Source: Bugula neritina
Lineage: Eukaryota > Animalia > Bryozoa
Direction: 5' to 3'
Assembly: GCA_964035545.1 (NCBI GenBank)
Contig: OZ037768.1
Location: 12,184,741 to 12,248,740, forward strand
DNA length: 64,000 nt
Shown: positions 25,115 to 40,100 of the stretch, piece after piece
Position numbering within the stretch: the stretch's first letter is position 1
Layout: each line of letters starts with the position of its first letter
Notes under the pieces: generated by a model
What the model saw: the letters and a program-made list of their open reading frames with translations, nothing else
Told to the model about the DNA's origin: nothing
Databases searched by the model: none
Translations under genes and position numbers: made by a program

Positions 25115-28100
25115 ATGTTCCGGATTGCTCGAGTCATAATTAATTTTATCTCTGAAACGCTAGCTCAGCCTGAGCAAGATGAAGATCAAGATGTGGAGAC
25201 TCCAGGCCCAGCTCCTTCGGCTTCTAGTTCTAGTTCTAACTTCAAGTTTAGGTCCCAGTCTCACTCTGAGCACAATTTTAATGTAACTAAAAGCGGTAAG
25301 GTTTGAAAATTCAAATCGAAAATCACAATTGCTATACAAATAGAAATACTAATACTAATAGTAATACTAAAGTAATAGTAATAGTAATACTAATACTAAT
25401 ACTGTAATAGTAATACTCATAGTCATAGTAATAAATATAAATTATAATTATAAGTAATGGCTGCTAAGTTCAATTTGATCTTAAAGTTCATTTTTACGAT
25501 GATAAAGATTGAGTTAAATTATTGTTAATGTTATACCTAATCTTATACTTATAGTATCTGCATTGTACTTACCGTTATACTAATACTTATACTTATAGTT
25601 ATGCTACTGAGTATCAGTATGATTACCACTATGGAATTAAATTATAAATACAACGCTAACGGTAACCTAAATTTACAATAAATATTATTAATATAATCAT
25701 TATTATTATTATTATAAAAACTATAACTTATACTTATAGTTATATTTATAGTAAACTAAAAGTAAATCACTAAACGCAGTATTTATATTATAAATTCTGG
25801 TTATAGCATAGTTATAGTAATGCTTTATTTAGTATTATTGTTATTTGTTACTATACCTGTACCTGTACCTATCCCTTGGTCAGGACCACCGTTGGGGTAC
25901 CACTGTTGATCTTGGCAACCAGCTCTCTCCATCCCTTTCTGTTCTCTGTCCTCCTCAAGTTGTCGCTCAGTGTCTTTCTGGTCCACTCTGTGATGTTGTT
26001 CTCCCATCTCTTTTTCTGCCTGCCTCTCCTTCTCCCTCTTTGTACAGTTCCTTGTAGGATTGTCTTGGCAAGTCCTGTGGATCTTGTGACATGCCCATAC
26101 CACTTCAGTTTCCGTCTCTTCACAGTAGTCAAAAGATCTTTGTGATGTCCCACTGCGTTTGTGACTCTATTCCGTACTTCAACATTTGTGATGTGGTCTT
26201 TGTAGGAGATGCCTAGGAACCTGCGGTAGCATCTCATTTCAGTTGCCTGTACTCTCTCCAAATCTGCTGTCAGTGTCCATGACTCACAGGCGTACAAGAA
26301 TATGGAGATGACCAGTGATCGCATCAGTCTGATTTTTGATCTGAGCGTGATATTTCTGTCATTCCAAACAGGCCTCAGTTTTGTCATGGCGGCTGTTGTT
26401 TGCGCGATCCTGGAGAGAATTTCAGGCTTTGATCCTTCATCTGATACGACTGACCCAAGGTACTTGAAGCTCTCGGCAGTTCCAAGTTTCTCGCCATTGA
26501 CTTTGATGTCTGTGTTGATGCCGTCGGTATTGTTGGTCATCAGCTTGGTTTTCTCGGCACTGATCTCCATGTCATACGCTGCTGAGGTTGTGTCCAATCG
26601 CTCTACAAATTTGGCGAGCTCTTGTTCTTCCCCTGCTAGTCAGTCAATGTCGTCGGCAAAACGCAATTTGGTAATTTTTCTGCCTCCAATGCTGACTGTT
26701 CCATTGTGCTCTTCTAGTGCGTCAGTCATGATTCTTTCCAAGAAGATGTTGAAGAGAGTTGGAGAAAGCAAACAGCCTTGTCTAACCCCGATCGTTGTCC
26801 CTAACCAGTCCCCTGTGCTTCTGTTGAGGTAAACTGCGCTGGAGGCCTTGTCATATTGTTGTTTTATGGTGTTGATCAGATTGGCGTTGATGTTATACAT
26901 CCTCATGGTTGCCCACAAAGCTGCATGCTAGACTCTGTTGAAGGCCTTCTTAAAGTCCACAAAGACATGGTAGAGGTTTTGTTGGTGTTGGAGGTACCTC
27001 TCGCACAGTATTCTAAGTTTGAAGATCTGTTCTGTTGTACTGCGCCCTGCTCTGAAACCTGCTTGTTATTCCGCAATGATCTTCTCTGCTTGTGGTTTCA
27101 GTCTGTTCAGCAGGATCTTCAACATGACTTTACTGGGGTGACTTATTAGGCTAATAAGTGCGGTAATTCTGGCACAGCTGTAGGTTGCCTTTCTTGGGGA
27201 GCGTGATCACCAGTGATTGTGTTCATTTGTTACTATAGCTTATAGTAAATGTAATACTAATACCATTGCTATTACTAATAGTTATGCTTAGAGTTATAGT
27301 AATTCAGTAATTGATAACTTCTAGTTAGTAAATGTAATTTATAAACTTAAGTAGGTATAGTATAACCAGAACTTGTAGTAGGCCTACTGCATTTACTATA
27401 AATATAAGTTATATCTCTTATGATAAATATTGTAAATTTAAGTTATACTTAGAATTTAATTTTGTAGTGGTAATAATATGATACCCATAGCCTATAGCGA
27501 TAAGCCATGGCAATAGTCATGATTACGGTACTCATGCTTATACTCGTACTTATAGTAACTCTAGCTTGAATTTAAAGATCATAATTATAATTTAAATGGC
27601 CATCATTTACTTTAGTTTTACTGCTTGCATGACAAATGGCATAATGGAAATAAAATTTTGATTAAATAAGTTCTTGAGTATATTGATTATCATATTAACC
27701 TAATAATTATAATAATAATTTACTTTAGCTTTAAGTAATAATCTCAACAAATGCTTATCATTATTATCATGAAACTTATAAAATTATAATGTATAAGTTG
27801 CAAATTTTTGTAATTTATACATTATAATTTCAACATAAAACGGTGGCTCAGGGTTATAGATGTTGATTTGGGATGTGATTTTTTTATTATCACTATCAGT
27901 AAAATGGATTACTCAACATTTTTACTACAATATACTGTAATGTATATATTGTGAAAATAGATTAATGAATATGACCAGCCATTTTTAATAATTTTCATGA
28001 TACCAATGTAATTCTAATTTTATTTAAATGTTCACTTGTTCTCTAAAATATAAAAAGTAAAACTCAATATTGAATATTTTTTTATTTTAAAATATTTACA

Positions 28101-31100
28101 TAAGTGTGATTTTCCAAGCATCTACACTCTACACTCTACAGCAAGCTTCATAGCTGCAATACTAGTTTAAAGTTTCAATAATCACCATCTCTGTTTATTA
28201 ACCATTGTTTTATCGTGCCTTTGTTGTTTCACCATTTCTACTTGCAGTAAAAGTTATAGTCATTTTATAAAGAAATTTTCGTAATTAGTATTTATATCTT
28301 AGATATTTTCAATTTGACTTTAATAACGACTATTAGATTTAGATATTGACCGACAAAAATTAATAGACCCTTTTCAGAAGTCCCCCCCCCATATCCCCAG
28401 AGTTGTGTCCTCCCAAAGTGACTAGGTTGAACCTTTGTATAAAGAGCAAACTCATTACAAAAGTTAAAGTTTGGCTGCTACCTAAAGTTCTAGTTATGCT
28501 ATAGAATTGTTTTTTTCAGAATTTAGGAGATAGGTATTTTGGTATAGGCACACATATTAACAGTTAAAAATTTTTTTTTAAATATTTCTTCATAGAGAAT
28601 TTTGACAAAAATAAACTTGAAAGCATTTTGGTAATTTTGGTTACTGAGCAATGCTGAAGTGGCACTTTGGCATTGCTCAGCAACCAAGACCACAGAGTTG
28701 AGTTCAAGTTTATTTTGTTCAACAATTTTCATTTTGGAAGGACACAACTCTTTAATTGTAAGGGGGACATTGGGGACCTCTGAAAATGGTCTATTGACCT
28801 ATAAAACATTAGGTTTTGTGTTTTTTTTTGTTTGTTACTTGATATCAATGCATATAAATGTATTTGTCTTTATATAAGGTCAATATACAATCTTGGGAAT
28901 TGATTAATATTTAGTTCATATTTAGTTCTCACCATTGAACCTCTCAGCTATTTTAATTATAACATCCAAAAATGTCACTTCACATTCTTAAAGCCATCAT
29001 CAATAGTTTATGTCTCATACACAGGATTTTTCTACGGTTAATTTTCCTAAGAATTTGTTCTATAATGTTTAAATGTTAATTTTAGCTAGACCTTAGCAGA
29101 ACAGGCCTATGGCCTATAGGTCAATGTAGTCCACTGTTCCAACACAGTTAGTTTAAGGTCATTACTTTCCAGATTCAAGCACTGCTTTATGTTATATATA
29201 AACGGTTTCCAGGGGATAGCTCGAACAGTTTTTGTCTCACATTAACAAATTTTACATGAAAAGATAGCTCTTGCATTCCTCTTTCATATACTTTTTTAAT
29301 TTTTCAATAAAAAATTTTCTGAGAAAGTTGTTGCATAATAAGTAAAATTTTACACCCTCCATGTTCCACTGCTGTAGCACAGGGGATTCATTTTATAAAG
29401 TCTAAAAGTTAAACTTGACATTCCTTGATATGTTTTCTCTAATATACTTTCTTTGTTTTTTGAAATTCTGTTTATGCTCTTCACAATTTGGTAAAAACAT
29501 ACACCATTTTGCAAGTTTCACTGCAATTTTCTAAATTCTTCATATGGTGGTTCTAGCTACGCTCCTGTGACTAATTATAACATTCCTAGTACGTTTGCCG
29601 CTCTGCGCTATCACAATAACATATAGTACCCTCTCGCACAAATTGGCAATCTATTGGATTTCTGCCAATATAATGTTCCCTGTTTTACATTAGCGCTTAG
29701 CTGAATCATCTCACTATGTTACAATAATATATTGAAAATGCCTCAGCACAACATAATTCTTTGTTTGTTTGGCAGAGTTAATTTCAGCTAAATCACTTCA
29801 CTTTGCAGTCTTGTCAGCAGGTGTACTTTCAGTTTCTCTAATTCGCATATGATTATTTTAAGTACATTGTATTCTATAAGATCAATTTAAGGTTTAGTCC
29901 AGTGTTCAGTATCTAATTATTATGCATGTATGTTGTCTTACTGTTGAACAAAAGTTGAAAAAAAACTTTACAATTATAGCCATATTTATTATACATGCGT
30001 AGGATTTGCATAAGTTGATAAAAAAAATTGCAACAAAACAGGGTTGAACCATGACCAACCAACTCCTCGCTGACGCCTCTAACCTCTGGACCACGCAGTC
30101 ATCGATATTACAAACGCGCACTATATGAGTAACTATCATTACATGAATATTTCGCGCGCAAATGGGTTATAATTATTAGGCTGTCAATTGATGCTGATAG
30201 CAGTCAACTGTTGCAATAGTCTCAGGTTACTAGCAAAGCTAATGGTTTTGAACAAATAACCCAAAAGTTTAAAAAATAAGTAGCTTGCGTAATGCTAGCT
30301 ACAAAAACAGGTCTGAAATAGACTGGTAAAGCAAGCTCTTATTGTAGAGTTTGCAGATGTGCTCTAAAATAAAACTTAAACTGTATGCTATTACATAAGT
30401 ATTTGTATGCGAGAGATAAATGGACATTACTGAGTTTCTGGAAAACAACATACTTGAAGTTAACTTTGACAATGGTGTGTTATTTTCATCATACACTAGC
30501 ACAGATAGGGCCTATAGCATAAATCTCTAATCATATGAATCTTTATGAAGCCCACAGCTCATGTAAGGGTGGCAAATGTAATTTGAAACTAAAAATTGTG
30601 TTGCTGCATTGTGTCTAAGGTATATTAGAGAGCAGAATTTGGTTTTACTAGCCTACCCCAACGGCATTCTACAATGCAGCTTATATGCTGGCAGTTGTAA
30701 TAAGTACTGTCAATAGCAAGGTTACTATCACTGCTAGCTCTGTGCAGTATGTAACCTCTTGAATAATTGCGCCAATTTTAAACTCTTGGAAGTTGGCCAA
30801 GTTATCATATCGCAGCCAGCCACCGGAGACAAAGCATCAGAGCTATTCATATAATATTATACTGATGCACTTGGTAGCAGAGTGGCTAATCTAATATAGT
30901 TCATAGTTCAACACCCTTTACTTTGGGAATACAGCCTCTTTTTTTAGGTTTACCTTACAAAGCATGAACATATCTAAACTGATATTCTGATAATTTAGAG
31001 GTACATTTTGAAAACTAGGTTAATTGCACTTGTTTGCACAACAACAATAATAAAATAGATATTACGCAGTATAATAAAAACACACATAATACTATATAAT

Positions 31101-34100
31101 ATATTATAATGATAATAATATAATATTATAAGTACCATTACTGCATTTTATAAATCACATGGTTGCCAAAAAAATGTATCACAAATTTTGTAATTATACA
31201 TCAAAAATAGAACTATAGCTAGGCAGCAGGTTAGAATAGAGTAAATTTTTAAAACTTGAAATCATGATTTGACTATTGTTTTATTTAGGCTAACCAACCT
31301 AGGAATACAAGATTGGGTTTTAGCTGACAGTTTATAACATTTAGCTTTTGAGCCAGCAGCACTGGCACTTGTGAAGTATAGGCAAAGTTAGTGAAGCGAG
31401 ACTAACTAGCACTCAAATACAAGGCATATTGAGACGCAATAACAAGTCAGGAGCGTATAAATTGAAAAGAATGTGGAAGGGGGACTATGTTTTTCAACAA
31501 GCTATAACTTAAACATGAATTGGTTTTTGAAAAAAATAAAAAAGTATATTGGAGAACATAAGTTTCTTTATCTTTTCATATTTTTTTTGTTCCTGTGACA
31601 TTCAACCTGTTCGAGCTATCAGTGGAACATTGTTCATATAGAACATAAAGCACCTGGCAAAGAGCCAGAAAATGAAAAGTGTGACCTTAAACTAACTGTG
31701 AAGGAATTGGCAGTCTTTGATGGAGAAAGAGCATTATCATCTCCCTTTTTGATAGTCTAGTCTTGTAATCATTTTCTTGCAAATTATTATCTACTCTGAT
31801 TATTTTTCACTGATAGGTTTTTAAAAATATATGCAAAAAATAGACATAAAGTTAAAGCTTTTTTCATCATTTTGTCAGTGCATTTTATATGCTGAGCTGA
31901 TAACAGATTGAAATTAATTCAATGAATACAAATGTGACTCTTATTAATTAGTTGTAGGCATAATTTCAATTTACTATCATAATGTTATCATATAAAGCCA
32001 TTATATTTAAGTTCATTTTTAAAGATGCACTGTTTCAATAAAATTTCACATTAGAATATATTGAATATATATTGAATATACATATGTAATATATGTAGTA
32101 CATGTAATACATGTAATATATGAATATTACATGATATCATATTTAAGTTTTGTTTAGTCATGTGTGCAGGTAATTTTGTTAGGTGTGCCTAGTGCTTACT
32201 ATGAGAGAGGAGAGAAGAACCACACTGGTAGAATAACACACTTGTATCAAGACTATGGGCTGATTGATGGCTATATATATTTTAGTAAAGACTGTGTACC
32301 TACTGATGTTTGTTTGCAGGTAAAATCATTCATACATTTTATACTGCCCGTTTGTGGTATCTTTTAATATTTATCATACCCAACAAGCATTTCAGCCTGC
32401 AGTTTTGTAGAATATTTAATTAGATTATTATTTGGTGTGCAATTTTTTTGAAAATGTTATAGCTTCAAAGCTAGATCATGTTAAACTTTTGTCATTCAGA
32501 TAGCAAAATTGGTGTTAAAGGTTTTTTACTAAAGAGCACCTCAAAAGGCATATCTTTTAGTCCACTTTTATTTTACGGTAGTTTAGTATTGGTTTCAGAA
32601 ATTGCGTTTAAACTTTAGCACATACTCGAACTATAGGTATACAGTTCAATTTCCAAAAGGGTTATTACAAAATTATTGCCATAAATCATCAGCCTCTATT
32701 ACTCCTCTGTTCTATTACTATTTAGCTCATGGCAGTCAGTAGTCCTTAAAAGTTCAAATGTTGAGTTTCTACAAATAAAATGTTTATCTGTATGGTATGG
32801 CTGCCATTTTTGGTTTATGTTTAATGTCTTTGAAGCTGAGAAATACAGGTTTAGCTAAATAAGTTTTAGCAGAATACTACTTTACTAACTAAAAAATTTA
32901 CCAACGCTACCAATTAATTTTTAAACATAGAATTGTAATATATACTAATTGCTGCCCCCTAATTGCAATGAATCCGGCTTCAGGTTAATGACACAGTAGA
33001 AGTGAATGCCGTCCGCCAACCCAGACATACTGGTTGGAAAGCGAGTCACATCAATTTGGTAAATGACGAGTGGGACTCTATCAGTGATGTCTATCTAAAA
33101 GTGGGCGTGGTAACCAATCTAACCAATGAAGGGGGAGGAGCTATAAACAATCAGTACAGTTTTACAGCCAACTGTCTTAAGGTATTATTTAGTTTTTCAC
33201 TTATCAATACATGCATCATTTGAATTAAACAATTCAATTGAAAGTAAATAAACGAAAAACATTTTATTTGTTTGTTACTTTATTAATCAAAGTAAAATAA
33301 TATTTCAGACGCCACAGTGATGTCTGAAATATTATTTTACTTGTAAGTAATAAATTGTTTCAGGTATACCTATTTTAGATAAATAATTTTTGTATAAATG
33401 AGTATGAATAAATCATACTCACTACTTTAAATTGAATACCTAACTTAGAAGTTTGTTTGCTGGTCTAGCAAGTACCAAGTTGAGAGATATTTTTTTGCAG
33501 TTTTAAATTTCAATTATAAGCAAAACATGAAGTTATTTATTTAAATATTGAAAGCTTTGGGTAATCTTTGTAGAAAAAACCACTTGAACATTACCTACAA
33601 TAGTCATTCATGCATTAAAATATAAGACATAACTTTTTGGTTACAAAAAGAATTTTTTGCTGCTCTCTATGTAGAAGCATTAAGTTTTGCATTCTAAAAA
33701 AGTAGATGCTATTTTCTATAAGCTTAGGTTTGAATGGATTGAATGTATTTTGTGTAACACTGAATAAGTATTTAAATATAAACTTTTGAAGAACTGGTCA
33801 TTCTGAGTGCATGAAATATACAAGCAGGAAAAGACAACTTTATTTTTTCTGCTTCACATGCCTTCAGTGTGTCATATTTTAACCAATAAAGTATATACTT
33901 TATTTGCATTTTAAACAATTTCTATCTTTTAACCTAAAGTTAGTGTAAGTAGTTGATAAAACTCGGACTTTTAGTGGTACTTGTTTCTTTCTACAGATAA
34001 TGCTAGAACTTGCTATTTTTAATAAATATATAAATTATGAAATACCAACCTTGCCTAGAAGCTGATTGAGTTTGAATTTTAATTATATAACATTGTGTTA

Positions 34101-37100
34101 TGACCCAACTCTCCTCTGTCCTAACTTTCATATTTTAGGATTATACTCCTTGGCGAGGAGATAAGGTTCAGGCCAAGGTTGTAGACAATGGTATGACTCA
34201 GGTCATTGAAACTGTTGAGCCGTATCCTGTTCAGACATACTCAGGTTAGTCGAGTGAATAATAGGTATGTGCATATGTAAGTGTATATAGGTATATAAAC
34301 TTGTGTATATAGATATATTCGTGTATATAGGTATATAAACTTGTGTATATAGTTATATAATTGTATATAGGTATATAAACTTGTGTATATAGGTATATAA
34401 ACTTGTGTATATAGGTATATTCATGTATATAGGTATATAAACTTGTGTATATAGGTATATAAACTTGTGTACATATGTAAGTGTATATAGGTATATAAAC
34501 TTGTGTATATAGATATATAATTGTATATAGGTATATAAACTTGTGTATATAGGTATATAAACTTGTGTATATAGGTATATTCATGTATATAGGTATATAA
34601 ACTTGTGTATATAGGTATATAAACTTGTGTTGAAAAGGTATATGTATAAGTACATATAAAGTATTTAATAGGCATAGTGTGAGTCGTATACATAGTGCTG
34701 TTGAAGTCATAGATCACCTAGTTGTTATATAAATGTTGTAGTTCAATTCACAAGATGCTCAAGTTGTATACCTAATAACTAATCCAAACGGTTATTTCTT
34801 TTCAAAACTTCTAGGCAGGGTGGTAGTAGTTGGACAACGTTTTTGCTTTATTGATGGAGATTTAGCCTTTACCAGAAGCTGTTGTGTTGGGAGTTATGTA
34901 CCCATGAAAGGTGATCTAGTTACTGGCACTATGATAGAATGTGATCAAGGAAGACGCTGGAAACATAGAGCTCTCACTGTGCAGAAAACCATTAGTGACC
35001 CTATAAGTTCACACCCCCTTGAGGCAGGCGATTTCTTCCAGCCGCTGCAACCGCAGTAAGTAAAGAAAGAGCTTTCAAGAAGTTGGTGAATTGCATAATT
35101 GATATTATATTCAGGAAGAATATCATGGCGAGATGCACAGGATTTGTATTTGTAAAAAAAAAAGTTGTGTTGCCTAAAACTAATTATTTGCTCATTTCGG
35201 TTTCCTATTTCACTCCATATTCCCATTTATGGAAGTATGATTTATCTTGAAAACTGGCATGGAAATGAAAAAACATAGCTTTACATTAATGCAAATGAAA
35301 GCATATGAAACTGTGCGATTCAAAAATGTCTACTGACTGTCTAGCTATTAGTGCAGGTTTAGGCTCCTTGTTGGTAAATTAAAATTTATTTATTTACAGG
35401 CCTTTCTTTCTGAACTGCTAAGCATGAGCTTCTGTCTGTTTAATTATGATTCAATATTTTTTGTAGAGATTCTCCGGATAGCAAGATTTCAGTCACTGGC
35501 AATCTTCTCTTCAACAACGTGATTCTAGGCCACCATTCTACTCATACAATATACATCAAGTGAGTCACATACAGATATATACATACTAGTCACATACTAG
35601 TCACATACTAGTCACATACACATACTAGTCACATACACATACTAGTCACACACACATACTAGTCACATACTAGTCACATACACATACTAGTCACATACAC
35701 ATACTAGTCACATACACATACTAGTCACATACACATACTAGTCACATACACATACTAGTCACATACTAGTTACATACTAGTCACATACTAGTCACATATA
35801 CATACTAGTCACATACATATACTAGTCACATACACATACTAGTCACATACACATACTAGTCACATACTAGTCACATACACATACTAGTCACATACACATA
35901 CTAGTCACATACTAGTCACATACACATACTAGTCACATACACATACAAGTCACATACACATACTAGTCACATACACATTCTTCTCATACAATATATGTCA
36001 TTATTAATTTCTTACTGTACATTACTCACCTATTCTTTGTTATCAGAGATTATTTCAAATTACTTTTTTTATTTAGTACGATCTAGTAATCTTCTATTTT
36101 TATTTTATTGGTAAATGTTGTTTTGTGCAATTCAATTATTGACCATCAAGTTTTTCTTAACTAACCACCACACACTAACTACTCCTACCAATTATTATTC
36201 TAACCGCTATAGACTGTGTTTAGGAATGGTGGAAAAGACATGGTGAAGCTCCAAGCAGTCAAACTCCATGATCCTTCTGGAACTCAGTTTACTGTTTCTG
36301 ATGCCAAGTTATTGCTGGACGGTCAGCTTGCCCAGTCCCTACAACATGGTGCTGCTGAGCTCAGCTTACTTCCAGGGATGACCTGCTATTGCAATGTCAC
36401 CTTTACTCCCAGGTAACTGCCGCAGCAACTGTATTATATTATGTCAGTCAACGTTGTTGTTGAAAATATAAATCCGTATAGTTTTCTTTATTTACTAGCA
36501 CTGTTGTTTATATAAATACTGGTTTAAAATGGAGGAATCTTTTCTCTTTGTAGAAATTTCAGGTTTAGAATTCAGGCATTTCAACTATATGCGATTTTAA
36601 ATATTTTATTGTAGAATATAACGTATAAGATTCTGTAGTTTGTGATTATTTGTGTCTTTTTGTAGATGAATTGCTTCATGCTTTACTCATACTAATAATA
36701 CATAACTTCAAACGTTTGTTTTATAATATGGAATACTGGCTGCAGCAATATGTGGAAGGCAGTTGATCAGTTCTTATCGGCTTCTTTAATCTCTCAAGAT
36801 GAGATATTATGTTGTTGAGTTGAAGAAGATGCTACCAGTATCTATACTCAATTTTGGGACAATTCTAATGTCCAAATGCAACAGATTGGATATAATTTAA
36901 TACTATAATATTTATCTGGAAAAGTTTAACAACACATAGAATAGAACAGTAAATTATATGACTGATGGTTTGATGCTCTGTGCCAGTTATGACTAGCCGA
37001 ACCAATGAATGTATTAGTTTGAATTTAGAATTATCTAGAAAGACCTATTTGGCTTGTAAGTTTGCAGTAAAAAGCTTTGACAATGGCTCTTGTTCAATAA

Positions 37101-40100
37101 ATACTTGCACTATATTTGTTATTAAATCACGTTTGGGAATGCTGACATATAGCAAGCACGTAAATGGCGCATAGACACACGGGTTTAGCAATGAGTTTAA
37201 GAGTTGAGTAATGGTGGAAATAAGATGTAGATGCTTATAATAATCTTCAAGTATGATATTTCAACCTTGACCCTAGATGTAATCACGATTGAGTAGAATA
37301 GTGGAATGTTACGAGTAGTTGTACATATTATAGTAGTTACTTGAAGTGGAAGTGGATAGTAAGAGAAGTCAATGTATGTTTGCTTGTAGAAACCTGAAGT
37401 GTGAAGCAGTTTCTACACAAACATTCGCTAAATCTACACAAACCATAAAATTCTGTTACTTTCATTCAGGCAGCAGGTCTGATGTTGTTGACCATCTTGA
37501 GTAGTGAGAATACATTTATTCTAAAGTCTGATTGATCAATAGAATTGATTATTGTTTTGGTTTTAGATATATCGGTGAAGAGAAACAGGGAATAGCAGTG
37601 TTTTTTGATAAGACAATTACTCACATAAGTGTTGTTGGCATATGCACTACAAGCGTGGAAGATTCTCATCAGGCTGTAGCTGCCAGACCACAGCAAAAGT
37701 ATCACCAAGTGAAACACAACATTCCCTTCACAGAAAGCAATCAGCAAACTTTGCCTGGGAGTCGCCCTTCCTTTAGGTATGTTTTAAAATGTGTTTGCTA
37801 TAGAATAGTGTACTTACTGGCTATGCCAATTAGTTTTCCACCAGTATGAGCAGTTATTTAGCAAAAGTTTCTTCCCAGAAACAAATTATATAAACTAATT
37901 TTGATACTATCTATATAATCTTTAAAAGTTTTGTTTTAAAACATCCTATGAAAAATTTAAAATTGGCATGCTCAACTTATACCCAAAAAGGCAGGGTTAT
38001 ATGATATTTCTATAATATCATATAAATAATCCTTTGCTAATTATCCCTACTGTAATCTAATCTATTATGGCACTGGATTACTGACATAGCTGGTGCAGTT
38101 TATTTACATCCATTGCCCTGTGACAGATTATTGATAAATAGTTTGTCTCTAGATGAGCACATAGTTTGTCTGTATCCTGTATTGACTACTCTGTAATTGT
38201 AAGCCAGCTGCAGAGTAGCTTGCTCGAGTACAATAATGATTATTAGTTTGTGTATGTAAGAGACGTAGGAATGAATACTTCACCATGAATAAAGGGCTTA
38301 TTAAAAGCTGGTGTTCCATCGGCAAGTTTAGGTCGCAAGAGTTACAACTCACTAGTTAACCTGAGGATGTTAACAGAACCAAAGCTATTGAAATTTCGCA
38401 GCTAATTTATGGTTGCTTATTAAAGACCCACCCCCCCTCCCCTTGTTCATTGATATCCTCAGAAATATACAAATTATAGTTAGGTATGCCTAGTTTCGGT
38501 CTGTTATAAAGGAATTGATATTCTTCATAGCATGTAAATTGTAAAGTGATCTATATACTTTTCAATATTGTGGTTTTGCAAATTGGGTAATGATTGTAAA
38601 TGTTGCTAGAAGCAGCGCCAGCTGGGGGTGAATTTTTGTAGACATCGTATGGATTTCCAATTCCCCAACGCCAAACTCAGACCCCAAATTCGATGACCAC
38701 CAACTCAGTGCTGCTTCCAGCAAAATTCACTAATTACTTTGCCAAGTATAAGCCTAGTTCTCAAGCTTTATATTTTTCTCTTGCTACTATGCTGAGTTAG
38801 CTAATAATGCCAAGGTCTCCAGCCTAGCTGTGTTCTCTCTTGAAGGCTGTAGGAATCCTGGTTATTTATTACATCAAAGAAATACTTAAATGTTGTTTGA
38901 TTGCTCTATCAGCTTTTTATAGGGTTTATAGTACAAAAACAATAAAAAATAGGTTAAAGTTGCTGTGTTAGCTGTCTTAGATTTGCCTAGACTTGCTGCC
39001 AGCTTATCTTCTATGTCATACTTTGACCCGGCAAATATAACCCTTGTATAGTAAGTTTATATCGAATAAAGTTGTTAAGCTTCGGTTTGTCACAGATGCA
39101 CTCTTGAGGGGGAGGGGGCGAAAATACAATTTTTTTTATATTAGATGTGTATCTGTTGGTTTGAAGTGTGGCAAAGTAAAGGCACATTTTGAACACAAAA
39201 AATTTGAAGAAGTGTTAGAGAGGTAGGGACAATAGTGAAAAAATGAAACAAGCCGGTATTTCAGAGTAGAAATATAGCAAAAGAAGTTATATCCCAAACC
39301 AAAATTTATTAAGAAAATTAAAAAACTTGGGCTATCAAGATTTCTCCACTACTGCATCTAAATGGTCGGAGGCACTTTCTAAATCACCAGATTAGAACCT
39401 CTCACTAGAATATGGAACTTCGCTCTGTATAATATCTTCATATTCTTAGCTAGAACTTATAAATAAGATAATCCTTTGGGAATTCAGATTGAGAACATTC
39501 TATGGATTTCCATTAGATGTAGACATATTAACGAAGATTCTAGAAACAGAGCATTTCCTGTTTGTAAAAAATCATCACAATCTTTAATAGCCAAACAGAT
39601 TATTTTTGCAATTGGACAAACAAGTTATTACTTTGTAAGCGTATTGACAAGACCGGCTAATGACAACATTGTTATGGCAACCATGTGGCTTCAAGGCTTG
39701 TTATGTCACGCAACACAGTTGAAGATGACATTGCTAAATTCAAAGCATCACATGACTGTTGGCTACCCTTCACTGCATCTCTAAGTGACGTATATATATA
39801 GTTCTGCCAGCTACTCCAGGCATTCTACATTCACACTGTTGAGAGCAAGCAGCACACTCAGTAAGTGGCTAGTATTTTGAATGTTTATTATAGAGGTTAC
39901 TTTGTAGTCAAACTCTGCTGCACTGAAGGTTGTTGGTAGAATACTGTTAGTAGTAAGGCATAGGTGCTGTGGCAGAAAAGCTCTAAATCAGTAGATGCCT
40001 GATGCAATATCAATATGTGCTTGTAGCCGGCATTTTGCTTTTAGTTTTAGCTTACAATTATATTATTTTTTATGGGTCGCTTAACTCACTTTACTTTATT

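Noticed and set aside
25825-27149. Plus-strand and alternative-frame ORFs (25825, 25845, 25876, 26302, 26856)
   Set aside because: Shadow frames of the RTE reverse transcriptase.
34246-34717. Tyr/Ile/His-rich minus-strand ORFs
   Set aside because: Translation of the 22-bp minisatellite.
37470-37566. Alternative acceptor at 37469 for MOV10L1 exon 8
   Set aside because: Gives an immediate in-frame TGA in the required phase, whereas 37567 fits.
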